A DNA stretch of 64,000 bases from Thermoproteota archaeon. GTDB taxonomy: Archaea; Thermoproteota; Thermoprotei; Gearchaeales; Gearchaeaceae. Location of the stretch: contig JAVVGF010000005.1 of NCBI GenBank assembly GCA_032249235.1, positions 1 through 64,000 of the forward strand, written 5' to 3'. The notes beneath the pieces are model-generated. The model did no database searches and was not told where the DNA came from. It saw nothing but the letters and a program-made list of their open reading frames with translations. Below are positions 51,384 through 60,514 of the stretch, one piece after another. The position numbers and the translations under genes were made by a program. Position 1 is the first letter of the stretch. Every line of letters starts with the position of its first letter.

Positions 51384-51869
51384 TCACTCTTTAAATAAGT
51401 GATCATAAACACCTTTATCTATTTCTTTTTGTACTTCCCTAGGATCTTTACCTTCAACTGTTATTCCAAAGCTTACACACGTACCTAAAATTTCCTTAGC
51501 TGCACTTTTTAAATTCTTAGCTAACAAATCTTTCATTTTAATCCTAGCAATTTTCACAACTTGTTCCATCGTTAAATTTCCTACTTTTTGCTTGGCTGGG
51601 GATCCTGATCCTTTCTCTATTTTCAATTCATGAAATAATAACGCAGCTGTGGAAGGAACTCCTATCTCAATCTCATATTCTTTTGTTGCTGGATCAACTT
51701 TCACTGTTACAGGTACCCTCATGCCTGCGAAATCTTTCGTCATTTCATTAATTTTCTTCACTATCTCCATAACGTTAACTCCTAAGGGATTTAAAGCAGG
51801 GCCTATTGGAGGGCCTCCTGTAGCCTTTCCTCCTTCTATTTCAAAATTGAAAGTCTTATAAGATGGCAT
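51384..51869 (-). CDS. rpl11: 50S ribosomal protein L11
   Basis: GGKATGGPPIGPAL, GTCVSFG. Confidence 0.97.
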   Translation of the reverse strand: MPSYKTFNFEIEGGKATGGPPIGPALNPLGVNVMEIVKKINEMTKDFAGMRVPVTVKVDPATKEYEIEIGVPSTAALLFHELKIEKGSGSPAKQKVGNLTMEQVVKIARIKMKDLLAKNLKSAAKEILGTCVSFGITVEGKDPREVQKEIDKGVYDHLFKE

Positions 51870-51881
51870 AATTCCTTTAAT

Positions 51882-52361
51882 TTATTTTTTTATTATTTTA
51901 ATGTAATCAACGGGTAGTTGAATTGGTATAGGAGTAATTGTATCTTTTAAGACGACAGTCACTTCTCTTTTATTTTGCTCAACTCTCACAACTTCAGCTA
52001 TATTACCTTTGAAAGGTCCCCAAACAATTTCAACTTCTGCACCTTCTTTAATTTCTCCAATTATCTCTTTGGGGACGAGCAAATGTTCAATTTCCTTAAG
52101 ATCTATTGCCCCTCTTACATGACCTCTTACATGCTTCAAACCATAAAATAAAGAAATCACATCTGTCTTGCTCTTAGCTTCTACCATTATGAACGATTTT
52201 AGCTCATCAAGAGTTAAAATTGATAATATTCCAGACTTTTCTCCTAACTTTCTAGCTTTCTCAGCTGCAATCATGCCAACTAAATTTTCGTATCCTGAAG
52301 TAACTTTTACTGCGAATATTCTTGATTTAGTTTCGCTACCACTTGCCTTTTCTGCTGCCAT
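51882..52361 (-). CDS. spt5: Transcription elongation factor Spt5/NusG
   Basis: FAVKVTSGYE NGN domain; KOW motif EIVWGPFKG. Confidence 0.93.
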   Translation of the reverse strand: MAAEKASGSETKSRIFAVKVTSGYENLVGMIAAEKARKLGEKSGILSILTLDELKSFIMVEAKSKTDVISLFYGLKHVRGHVRGAIDLKEIEHLLVPKEIIGEIKEGAEVEIVWGPFKGNIAEVVRVEQNKREVTVVLKDTITPIPIQLPVDYIKIIKK

Positions 52362-52614
52362 AATAATAAATCACCAATGTAATTCCTATTACGATTGTAA
52401 TAACTAATAAAGCTATTTGAGGAATACCAGGAATACCATGAAGTGATTGTAAACCGATTGCGACGATGTTTATTAAAAACGCATATATTCCTACTACGAA
52501 AATACCTAGTAAGGTAATCTTCATCATTAGCCTAAATTCGTCTCTAGTAGGTTTGCTAGCCAAGTTGAAAATATTTCTAACAGCCCTAATAGCTTCTCTA
52601 ATTCTTTCAGACAT
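52336..52614 (-). CDS. secE: Protein translocase SecE/Sec61-gamma with an extra C-terminal TM helix
   Basis: LASKPTRDEF...GIFVVGIYAFLI core; position upstream of spt5. Confidence 0.85.
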   Translation of the reverse strand: MSERIREAIRAVRNIFNLASKPTRDEFRLMMKITLLGIFVVGIYAFLINIVAIGLQSLHGIPGIPQIALLVITIVIGITLVIYYYGSRKGKW

Positions 52615-52625
52615 TACCAATTATT

Positions 52626-53564
52626 CTAAAACAAAGCGATTAATATAGCTTTACTTGTATGCAATCTATTTTCAGCTTGTTCAAAAGCTAAAGATCTTTT
52701 GCTATAAACCACTTCTGCTGTTACCTCTTCTCCTAAATGCCAAGGTCCACAATGCATGAAATAAGCATTACTTGCTTTCTCCATCATTTTTTCGTTTACT
52801 TGATATTTCTTGAACACTTTTAGCCTTTCCTCTTTTTCGCTTTCCATTCCCATCGATACGAAAACATCGGTATAGATGATATCTAAATCTTCAACAGCAT
52901 TTGAATCTTCTGTGATTTCTATCTTTCCATTTGTTTTCCTCGCAACGTTCATGGCTTTTTCAATCACTTCTTTTTTAGGCTGATATTTGCTAGGTCCTAT
53001 TAATCTTATATGAAGCCCTAGAAGGGCTGAAGCTAAAGTTAAACTTGTGGCGACGTTATTTGCTGTATCACCAACAAATCCAATTTTAATACCTTCTAAC
53101 TTTCTGAATTTTTCATAAATTGTATATAGATCAGCTATGATCTGGCAAGGATGTTCTTCATCGCTCAAAGCATTTATAACTGGCCCATCGAATTCCTTTG
53201 CATAAGAATAAAGAATATCATGCCCGTAAACTCTCAAAATTAAACCGTCAAAGTATTTGTTTAAAACTCTTGCTGTATCTTCAACAGTTTCGCCTCGTGC
53301 TATTTGAAGTTCATTCCAGCTGAAATAATATGGAATACTTCCAAGTTCGTGAATTGCTACAGAGAAAGAGGATCTTGTCCTTGTAGAATGCTTTTGAAAC
53401 ATCAAAGCTATCTTTTTACCATTTAAATAATTGAAGTTTTTAACTCCTATTTTGCTCAGTTTTTTAATATGATCAGTGAGTTCTAATAAAGCAAGTAATT
53501 CTTCTTTGCTTAAATCTGTTATTGAAATTAAATCCCTTCCTTTCAAATTCTTAATCGCTTCCAT
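52626..53564 (-). CDS. argF: Ornithine carbamoyltransferase
   Basis: STRT, HPCQ, DVFVSMG, variant HCGP, QAENR. Confidence 0.9.
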   Translation of the reverse strand: MEAIKNLKGRDLISITDLSKEELLALLELTDHIKKLSKIGVKNFNYLNGKKIALMFQKHSTRTRSSFSVAIHELGSIPYYFSWNELQIARGETVEDTARVLNKYFDGLILRVYGHDILYSYAKEFDGPVINALSDEEHPCQIIADLYTIYEKFRKLEGIKIGFVGDTANNVATSLTLASALLGLHIRLIGPSKYQPKKEVIEKAMNVARKTNGKIEITEDSNAVEDLDIIYTDVFVSMGMESEKEERLKVFKKYQVNEKMMEKASNAYFMHCGPWHLGEEVTAEVVYSKRSLAFEQAENRLHTSKAILIALF

Positions 53565-54462
53565 ACCCTAATATTTTATTTATAATCCATTCTCTTTTAG
53601 CTATCATAAGATCATCATAATTCATTCCATGACTAATGAAGACGATTGGTTTCTTCGTTTCATAAGTTATTGATAATGCTACACCTCCTTTTTCATCAGC
53701 ATCTACTTTAGTCAATATGAAACCATCATATCCTACTTCCTTTGCAAAGATTTCAGCTTGTTTATAAGAATCATTTCCAGTTAGACTATCTACAACTAAA
53801 AATACTGCATCAGGTTGAATTACGCGTACTAATTTTTTCATCTCTTCCAGTAAATCTTTATCTGTCTGCATTCGACCTGCAGTATCGATCAAAACAACAT
53901 CGATGCCTTTCTTATAAGCAAGTTGAACAGCATCAAATGCTACTGCAGTTGGAGAAGCACCATATTTATGTTTCACGACTTCAACACCTAAATTTTTCGC
54001 ATGTAATTCTAATTGTTCAATCGCACCTGCCCTAAAAGTATCTGAACAAGCTATGATGCAATTTAGATTTTTCTTTTTTAAGAAATAACAAAGCTTTGCT
54101 ATCGCTGTCGTCTTACCAACTCCATTGACTCCTAAAAAAACTATGACGAAAGGCTTAGATTTTTTGCTCTTAATTTTTTCTATCAGGTCATAATTTCCTG
54201 TATTTTCAAGTAATTCTTCTAGTTTATTCTTGAATGTTTCTTCAATTACTTTTTCAATTTTTTCAGTCCTCTTTATCCTCTTACCTATTAGTTCCTTTTT
54301 GAAATCTTCTGATAGTTTCCTCGCAACTTCTATGGTTACGTTATTCTCTATTAACTTTAGTTCAAAATCCCAAAGATGTTTTTCTAATTCTTCTTCGGTT
54401 ATTTCCTTAGTTATTATCGCTTCTTTTAAACTTGAGAACGCTTTTTTTACACCTTCAAACAT
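53551..54462 (-). CDS. ftsY: SRP receptor FtsY
   Basis: GVNGVGKTT, DTFRAGA, DTAGR, TKVD...KGG. Confidence 0.96.
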   Translation of the reverse strand: MFEGVKKAFSSLKEAIITKEITEEELEKHLWDFELKLIENNVTIEVARKLSEDFKKELIGKRIKRTEKIEKVIEETFKNKLEELLENTGNYDLIEKIKSKKSKPFVIVFLGVNGVGKTTAIAKLCYFLKKKNLNCIIACSDTFRAGAIEQLELHAKNLGVEVVKHKYGASPTAVAFDAVQLAYKKGIDVVLIDTAGRMQTDKDLLEEMKKLVRVIQPDAVFLVVDSLTGNDSYKQAEIFAKEVGYDGFILTKVDADEKGGVALSITYETKKPIVFISHGMNYDDLMIAKREWIINKILGYGSD

Positions 54463-54881
54463 TATTTCTTTTCGCTTAATTGGTTAATTTCATTCTCTAA
54501 CCTTGCTAATATTAAAGAGAGTTCTTCAATAACTTTGCTAGTGTTATTCAGTGCTTCTGTTATCTTCGCTTTTTTCCTATTCAAAAAATCTAAAGCTTGT
54601 TGAATAGTATATTCTACATATATTTTTGCTCCAATATTAACTAGAACTTTATCGTTTTTATCATAAAGTGCTTTTATGTATGAACCGCTTCCTATAGCAG
54701 CATATAATTCGACTTTATCTTGGCTTGCATCTCTTATTGCTTCAAAGCTACTTATTGCATTCTCAACATCGTTTAATAATACGCGTGCAGCTTCGAAATT
54801 AGCTCTATAATTATTTAAAAGTTCTCGATAATACTCATATTCTAATATTTTTCTATTCAACTCAAGTTCTTTACTGCTCAT
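54462..54881 (-). CDS. pfdA: Prefoldin alpha subunit
   Basis: Coiled coils flanking AIGSGSYI...VLVNIGA..YVE. Confidence 0.92.
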   Translation of the reverse strand: MSSKELELNRKILEYEYYRELLNNYRANFEAARVLLNDVENAISSFEAIRDASQDKVELYAAIGSGSYIKALYDKNDKVLVNIGAKIYVEYTIQQALDFLNRKKAKITEALNNTSKVIEELSLILARLENEINQLSEKK

Positions 54882-54908
54882 CGTTTTATTTCTTAATTTG
54901 CTCTATAT

Positions 54909-55583
54909 TTAGTTTTTGGCGAGATAGAAAATTTGCTCGATTTTAGCTATTTCAGCACCCGTAGTTAATGCTCCTACTACGACTCCTTTATCATTAGCTA
55001 CGATGCCTAGCTTTATAGCGAAGCTTCCTCTATTTACAGTTCCCACATCACCTTCAACACCAAAAATTTCTCTGAATATGTTTAATGCGGTTTCATCAAA
55101 GAATGGTGAAGCTAAAAATCCTTTATCGTTTACTGCAAGGAATGATGCAAGCTTTCTATTTTCTTTGGGTAAAGTTGCTATTTGCTTTACTTTTAATACA
55201 TCTTTTATTAACTCTATTTCTTCTTCTTTAAAATCTGCATGCAAAACTGCTCCATTTGAATTAGCACTTATCAAATTACCTAAAGCATTGAACTTTGTCT
55301 TCAATATTTCGACATCTTCGAAATATGATTTTATTTCATCAAGTTCCTCTTTAGTCGCACTCCATGGTAGCAATGCCCCTCTTGAATTAGCAACCATAAA
55401 TATTCCTATGAGACTACTTTCTGAAATCGTTATTTCCTTAACTTCGCTTTCCAAAGTTTCTTCGAAGATTTTTTTATTTTTATTCTCAATACCTTTAGAT
55501 ACAAAACATACTTTGTTTGTAGCCAGGGAAAATGCCCCTATAAGCTCTGAGTTGAAAATTAAATTCCTCGAACTTCCAGCCAT
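54909..55583 (-). CDS. eif6: Translation factor aIF6
   Basis: LIGIFMVANSRG, ALGNLI.AN..GA, GTVNRG, VANDKG.VVG..TTGAE. Confidence 0.95.
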   Translation of the reverse strand: MAGSSRNLIFNSELIGAFSLATNKVCFVSKGIENKNKKIFEETLESEVKEITISESSLIGIFMVANSRGALLPWSATKEELDEIKSYFEDVEILKTKFNALGNLISANSNGAVLHADFKEEEIELIKDVLKVKQIATLPKENRKLASFLAVNDKGFLASPFFDETALNIFREIFGVEGDVGTVNRGSFAIKLGIVANDKGVVVGALTTGAEIAKIEQIFYLAKN

Positions 55584-55936
55584 TACTTACTTAAAAAAAC
55601 AATTGCTCGATCTTTGCTCGTTAAAAAAATTCTCAACTTGATCTTATTAGGAGGTTTCTTTATTCCTCTTTCCCATATTTTCTCATTCAATTCATTATCT
55701 ATCCATATTTCTTCTTTTTTTGTATATTTTTTTACCAATTCTCTAACCAAATTTATTGCTTTTTTGCTTCTTTTTTGCAATGGAGCTTTCTTAGCATCTC
55801 TTAAATTTAAGATCAAAACTCTTTCTTCTTTTATCTCTTCATCTTCAAACAATACTTCTTCCTTAGCTTTTTTTAGAGTCTCATCTTCTTCCTTCTCTTC
55901 CTTAACCTCTGTTACTTGAACTTCTTGTTCGCTCAT
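55583..55936 (-). CDS. rpl31e: 50S ribosomal protein L31e (acidic N-terminal extension)
   Basis: KRSKKAI, ID.ELNE.IW.RGI.KPP.KI. Confidence 0.94.
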   Translation of the reverse strand: MSEQEVQVTEVKEEKEEDETLKKAKEEVLFEDEEIKEERVLILNLRDAKKAPLQKRSKKAINLVRELVKKYTKKEEIWIDNELNEKIWERGIKKPPNKIKLRIFLTSKDRAIVFLSK

Positions 55937-55937
55937 A

Positions 55938-56102
55938 TTATGGCTTTATCCTTGATGTTCTCCAAGTCCTTCTCCTATTGTGTCTTCTTATTCTCTTTCC
56001 TCCAGCTTTTGTTTTAGCCGTAACCCAAATGGGTGCTGGCTTTGATAATTTGGCTTCTCTTATAAGTTTTTTCTTTCTGCTTAATGTCTTATTCCTAGCC
56101 AT
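55938..56102 (-). CDS. rpl39e: 50S ribosomal protein L39e (54 aa)
   Basis: Not in the ORF track: MARNKTLSRKKKLIREAKLSKPAPIWVTAKT...RRRTWRTSRIKP. Confidence 0.93.
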   Translation of the reverse strand: MARNKTLSRKKKLIREAKLSKPAPIWVTAKTKAGGKRIRRHNRRRTWRTSRIKP

Positions 56103-56103
56103 A

Positions 56104-56442
56104 TTATTCTTTCTTCAATATCCTTATTTTTGTTTCTTGTGTTGTAGTAATCGATTTTAATATTTTCTTTATATCCTCTTCAGTTAAAACTCCTTTAATT
56201 CTACCTGCACTAGCAAGTTGTATTAAATATAATTCTAACTGCTCGGCAAGTTCAGGCTTTACTAATCTAATGTTTTCCAATCTACTCCTTGCTTCAGGTG
56301 TAAGAATTCTTCTAAGCAATGCAGCTTTCTTTTCTTCAAATTCTTTTCTTTCTCTTTCTCTTTCATATGCTTCTGCTAACCTTCTTTGATATTCCTCTAA
56401 TTTTCTCCTTCTTAATTCTTCTAATTCTCTATCCTCCTCCAA
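56104..56442 (-). CDS. PDCD5-family DNA-binding protein
   Basis: [22 protein letters not shown]; TTG at 56442 follows a GGTGG Shine-Dalgarno-like sequence. Confidence 0.92.
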   Translation of the reverse strand: MEEDRELEELRRRKLEEYQRRLAEAYERERERKEFEEKKAALLRRILTPEARSRLENIRLVKPELAEQLELYLIQLASAGRIKGVLTEEDIKKILKSITTTQETKIRILKKE

Positions 56443-56911
56443 CTTTACCACCCCTTGGTAAATATTTCTCCAGCTCAGGCTTTTCTTTAATTAACTCTTT
56501 GAAAATCTTCGAGGATAATCGACTTACTAAAGATTGTCCTTTTTCTGTAAGTACCCTGCCTTTTTCTGTCTTCTTAACTAAACCTGCAGCTTCAAGCTGT
56601 TGTAAAATTTTCCTTATAATAGCACCGCTAGCTTTATGATGATGTTCCATTCTTTTGTGGAATTTTTTCCTGCCTCCGTATAAAGTCCTTAGGCTCTCAA
56701 CGCTTAAAGGTTGCTTAATGTAAAGTTTTCTCAGTATAGCCGCTGCTCTTATATACCACCAATCATCTTGAATAGGTAGTCTTTCTCTTGAAGGTGAGGT
56801 TTTAACGAATAAAGCCCAAGGAGGAGGAGAAACTTCTTTAAAATTTTCCTTTATATATTCAGCTAACTCATTTATCAATGAATCTGCAGGTACTAATCTA
56901 GGATCGACCAT
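56429..56911 (-). CDS. rps19e: 30S ribosomal protein S19e
   Basis: PPWA.FVKT...ER.P...[22 protein letters not shown]. Confidence 0.97.
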   Translation of the reverse strand: MVDPRLVPADSLINELAEYIKENFKEVSPPPWALFVKTSPSRERLPIQDDWWYIRAAAILRKLYIKQPLSVESLRTLYGGRKKFHKRMEHHHKASGAIIRKILQQLEAAGLVKKTEKGRVLTEKGQSLVSRLSSKIFKELIKEKPELEKYLPRGGKVGGG

Positions 56912-56946
56912 TTGAATTGCTACGAATTCTATCTTCTTGCGTTAAT

Positions 56947-57273
56947 TTAAATCTTATCTCTAGTTATTTCTTTTCTAATTACTCTTTTACAATCTAAGCA
57001 AGTAGTTATTATTTTTAAATTTCTTCCTTTCCCTACTATCCTAATTTTTGCTCCTAAGCCAGGCAATAAAAGGTTGTAACATTTTTTACAATAAAGACTT
57101 TTAAACCATAAAGGAAATCTTAAATTATATTTCCTTTTTATTGCATTTGCAATCTTGACACAATTTTTTGAGAATTCTTTATCTGATTTATATTCGGCTA
57201 TAGCCATATTGAGTAACCTTTTGATTCTTTGTTTTGCGAGATCCTTTTCTATAAATCTTTTCTTCCTTACTAT
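56947..57273 (-). CDS. rnp4: Ribonuclease P protein component 4 (Rpp21); start apparently non-AUG (ATA 57273 or ATT 57279)
   Basis: CKKC...LLPG...TCLDC zinc ribbon; the conserved LAKQRIKRL helix lies upstream of the first ATG (57207). Confidence 0.85.
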   Translation of the reverse strand: MVRKKRFIEKDLAKQRIKRLLNMAIAEYKSDKEFSKNCVKIANAIKRKYNLRFPLWFKSLYCKKCYNLLLPGLGAKIRIVGKGRNLKIITTCLDCKRVIRKEITRDKI

Positions 57274-57325
57274 GTCAATTCACTAATTTTTTAATTTAGT
57301 TTATTACATAATTAATTTAGTTCAT

Positions 57326-57399
57326 GGCCCGGATTGAGTAGCCTGGTAGCTCGTAGGCCTGTGGAGCCTATTGCATGGGTTCAAATCCCATTCCGGGCC
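57326..57399 (+). tRNA. tRNA-His(GTG) with genomically encoded G-1
   Basis: G-1, then GCCCGGA/TCCGGGC, C73; TAGGC-CT-GTG-GA-GCCTA. Confidence 0.93.
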
Positions 57400-57401
57400 T
57401 T

Positions 57402-57473
57402 GGGCCGGTAGTTCAGTGGTAGAATGTCCGTTTCGCATACGGAAGGTCGAGGGTTCAAATCCCTCCCGGTCCA
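57402..57473 (+). tRNA. tRNA-Ala(CGC)
   Basis: GGGCCGG/CCGGTCC with G3:U70; TCCGT-TT-CGC-AT-ACGGA. Confidence 0.95.
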
Positions 57474-57511
57474 TAAAAATATAAGTCGCTTATCGAATTA
57501 CACTCTATATC

Positions 57512-58753
57512 GTGTCTGAAGAAATAAGTAATAAGGATATAATTCGATTGCGCAGGCTAGTTAGGATTCTGAAAAGTAAAGAAGGTAGAGGTACTGAGCT
57601 CATTTCTTTATATATTCCTGCTGGAAGACAAATTTCAGAAGTAGCGAATCTTTTAAGAGAAGAGTATTCTCAAGCTGGTAACATTAAGGATCGAACAACT
57701 AGGCATCATGTACAGGAAGCTTTGACGAGTATAATGCAAAGATTAAAGCTTTTCAACAAAGCACCTGAAAAAGGCTTGATAATTTTTGCAGGCTATGTTG
57801 CAGGTGAAGTAGCTGGAGATGAAAAGATGGAAATCTATTTACTAGAACCTCCAAAGCCTATATCTACTTATTTGTATCGGTGTGATTCGCGATTTCATGT
57901 AGAAATATTAGAAGAAATGCTAAAAATAGGAAACTCTTACGGTCTGGTGAGCGTAGCAAGAGAAGAGGCTTCTTTTGCAATTCTTGAAGGATCTCATTTA
58001 GATATTATAGAAACAATAACTTCAGGTGTTCCTGGAAAACATAGAGCAGGTGGACAATCTGCACGTAGATTTGAAAGAATAATAGAAATTATGGTTCATG
58101 AATTTTTCAAAAGAATTGGAGAAAGAATGGTGAAATATTACATGGCAGAAAGAAATGTAGACGGAATTGTAGTAGGGGGTCCTGGTCCTACAAAATATGA
58201 GTTTTTAGATAAAGATTACATACCTCAAGATTTAAAGAAAAAAATTATTGGAGTATTGGATATTGGCTATGGAGGAGAAGAAGGAATTTATGAATTATTA
58301 GAGAGAAGTAAAGAATTGTTACAGAAAGTCGAATTTGTAAAACAAAAAGAAGAATTCAATAATTTCCTAAACTTATTGAAGGAGAATCCTAAAGCTTTAG
58401 CTATTGGAATAAAAGAAGTCCTTTCTTCATTAGAGAAAGGAAATATAGAGAAGTTACTTATGTTAGAAGATATAGTTGTTGTGAGCATAAACTATACCTG
58501 TTCAAATTGTGGAAATACAGAAAGTCTTGAAGTCGCTACAGAAGATATTTTTTCTTTCAAAAGAAATTTGAAATGTAGTAAATGTAATTCAACAAACATA
58601 AAAATAAACAGCGAAACAGATGAGACTGATAGTATCATAGAAAAAGTCTTCGAAAATGGAGGTGAAGTAATATACATTAGTAAATCTTTAAATGAAAGCT
58701 ATTCGCTAGCTAAGACATTTGGAGGTGTCGTAGGAATTTTGAGGATGACATGA
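57512..58753 (+). CDS. prf1: Peptide chain release factor aRF1
   Basis: GTELISLYIP, NIKD, YRCDSRF, GGQSARR; CxxC/CxxC insert in the C domain. Confidence 0.97.
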   Translation: MSEEISNKDIIRLRRLVRILKSKEGRGTELISLYIPAGRQISEVANLLREEYSQAGNIKDRTTRHHVQEALTSIMQRLKLFNKAPEKGLIIFAGYVAGEVAGDEKMEIYLLEPPKPISTYLYRCDSRFHVEILEEMLKIGNSYGLVSVAREEASFAILEGSHLDIIETITSGVPGKHRAGGQSARRFERIIEIMVHEFFKRIGERMVKYYMAERNVDGIVVGGPGPTKYEFLDKDYIPQDLKKKIIGVLDIGYGGEEGIYELLERSKELLQKVEFVKQKEEFNNFLNLLKENPKALAIGIKEVLSSLEKGNIEKLLMLEDIVVVSINYTCSNCGNTESLEVATEDIFSFKRNLKCSKCNSTNIKINSETDETDSIIEKVFENGGEVIYISKSLNESYSLAKTFGGVVGILRMT

Positions 58754-59433
58754 GCTCAAAATCTTTTGTTTTAAAATTAGGCGGCCATTTGCTCTTCATC
58801 AAACCTAATTCATTTATCGAATATTGCAAAGTTCTCGATGAGGCATTAAATGAAACTAAAAGACTTCATGTCGTAGTAGGAGGTGGAGAAAAAGCTAGAG
58901 ATTATATTGAAATAGCTAGAAACTTAGGTCTAAATGAAGCATTATTAGATGAAGTAGGCATAATGGTAAGTCATATCAATGCTTTTCTAATTTATAGCTA
59001 TTTATCAAAAGAACACGAAGTAATTTTAGCTAAAAATTGGCATGAGATACTATCTGCATTAAATTCTTCAAAATCTATAATAACTGGAGGCTTAATTCCC
59101 TCGATTTCAACTACAACTGTAGCATGTTTGTTAGCTGAAATTTCCAATTCTATGCTACTTTATGCAACTGATGTAGAAGGTATATACGATAAAGATCCGA
59201 AAAAAGAGCCAAATGCTAAACTTTACAAAGAAATTGAAATAGATGAACTAATTAATGTAATGTCTTCATCCCAAGATTTTAGAGCAGGTAAGTATAAGCT
59301 TTTTGACATGCATGCTTTAAACATAATGAAAAGATCCAGAATACCTGTAAGGGTTTTCAACGGCATTAAAGCAGAAAATATTATAAAAGCCATAAAAAAT
59401 GAAAATATTGGAACAATAGTATATTATAAATAG
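58750..59433 (+). CDS. pyrH: Uridylate kinase
   Basis: VLKLGG, VVGGG..AR.YI, LDE.GI, TDVEGIYDKDP, AG.Y.LFD. Confidence 0.93.
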   Translation: MSSKSFVLKLGGHLLFIKPNSFIEYCKVLDEALNETKRLHVVVGGGEKARDYIEIARNLGLNEALLDEVGIMVSHINAFLIYSYLSKEHEVILAKNWHEILSALNSSKSIITGGLIPSISTTTVACLLAEISNSMLLYATDVEGIYDKDPKKEPNAKLYKEIEIDELINVMSSSQDFRAGKYKLFDMHALNIMKRSRIPVRVFNGIKAENIIKAIKNENIGTIVYYK

Positions 59434-59434
59434 T

Positions 59435-59520
59435 GCAGGGGTGCCCGAGCTAGGTCCAAGGGGCGGGACTCAAGATCCCGTGGCTAAAGGCCATCGTGGG
59501 TTCAAATCCCACCCCCTGCA
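59435..59520 (+). tRNA. tRNA-Leu(CAA)
   Basis: GCAGGGG/CCCCTGC; CGGGA-CT-CAA-GA-TCCCG; long variable arm. Confidence 0.96.
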
Positions 59521-59529
59521 TGAAGACCT

Positions 59530-60282
59530 TTATTGGGAACTAATCAAAAGACCTAATAATACTTGGCTATCAACGATGTTTCCAAGTTTTTTCTTTATTC
59601 TCATCTGAGTCGCTCTTGCGCTATCATATCTGACATTAGCAATCAGCGCTAATTCTTTAAGCGTTAAAAATTTTAGTCTATTTTGACCTAATAACTTTAA
59701 AATAATTAATTTTTTTATATTGAATCTTTCATAAATTTTAATTCTTTTTTCAAATTCCTTATACCTTCTAAATAAATTATTTTTTGAAATATTAAATATT
59801 TTAGATATTTTTCTTATGCTTAATTTTATATTTTTCTTTTTGGAATAATATAATAAGGCAATTGCTTCAAATATTTCTTCTGAACCATTTCCATTAAGAA
59901 ATATTCTCGCTAAATTTTTGTATTCTTTAGCTATCTTAATAAGCGAGTTATCTATTGAATTCAATCCTTTACTCCTAATTTCCCTATAGATTTTCTTCCT
60001 AACTTCTTGTATATTTTCTTCATTTTCAAGAAAGATCTTCGCTTTGACTAGTATTTCGTCAGATATCTTTCTTTTATATTTCTTCGAAATCTTCAATCTC
60101 TCTAAAACTCTGCTATAACTTGGGTAAGTATAGTTATTCGTACGTTTTGCTTTGTTCGTATCTATTTTAGGTATTACTTCTATTATTGCTATGTTGCTCA
60201 CTAATCCACAGTTAGCACATACATAATACTCAGATTGATTGGCTTTTATCAAAGATCCGCCGCATTCTTCGCAATAATTCAT
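59530..60282 (-). CDS. Divergent TFB/TFIIB-like protein (zinc ribbon + degenerate cyclin/HTH repeats)
   Basis: CEEC-x14-CANCGLV ribbon; AIALLYYS...LSIRKISKIFNIS...RRYKE and LTLKELALIANV resemble TFB core HTHs; no B-reader EWR motif. Confidence 0.7.
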   Translation of the reverse strand: MNYCEECGGSLIKANQSEYYVCANCGLVSNIAIIEVIPKIDTNKAKRTNNYTYPSYSRVLERLKISKKYKRKISDEILVKAKIFLENEENIQEVRKKIYREIRSKGLNSIDNSLIKIAKEYKNLARIFLNGNGSEEIFEAIALLYYSKKKNIKLSIRKISKIFNISKNNLFRRYKEFEKRIKIYERFNIKKLIILKLLGQNRLKFLTLKELALIANVRYDSARATQMRIKKKLGNIVDSQVLLGLLISSQ

Positions 60283-60485
60283 TCTTTTTCTTTCATAAAG
60301 TAAATCGTTTTATAAGATAGTCTTTTGTATTTAACTCCGGGCATCTTTATCAAATGCTGGCTAACTTTTTGTGGCGTTACTTCTATGCCTTTAGCTAGTA
60401 AATAGGCTGTAATATCTTCAGCAGTAGCTTTACCTAACTCCATTAGTGATTTATACAGCATAGCTCTGAAATAAACGGTGTCCAC
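60279..60485 (-). CDS. Small winged-helix protein
   Basis: ATAEDI...VTPQKVSQHL..M..V...wing; ATGA-coupled to the TFB-like gene; TTTATA box upstream. Confidence 0.7.
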   Translation of the reverse strand: MDTVYFRAMLYKSLMELGKATAEDITAYLLAKGIEVTPQKVSQHLIKMPGVKYKRLSYKTIYFMKEKE

Positions 60486-60514
60486 GATATGTATTAGAAA
60501 ATTGATATAAAGGC

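Noticed and set aside
55003-55641. 212-aa plus-strand ORF (also 4847..5398, 24115..24627, 26729..27202 and other shadows)
   Set aside because: These are antisense to well-conserved genes, with Ser/Ile/Phe-rich codon-mirror composition and no motifs.
9502-59520. Identical 27-nt sequence TCGTGGGTTCAAATCCCACCCCCTGCA at 9502-9528 (-) and 59494-59520 (+), considered as att sites
   Set aside because: Both belong to complete tRNA-Leu genes, are inverted rather than direct, and flank core genes; no integrase is present.
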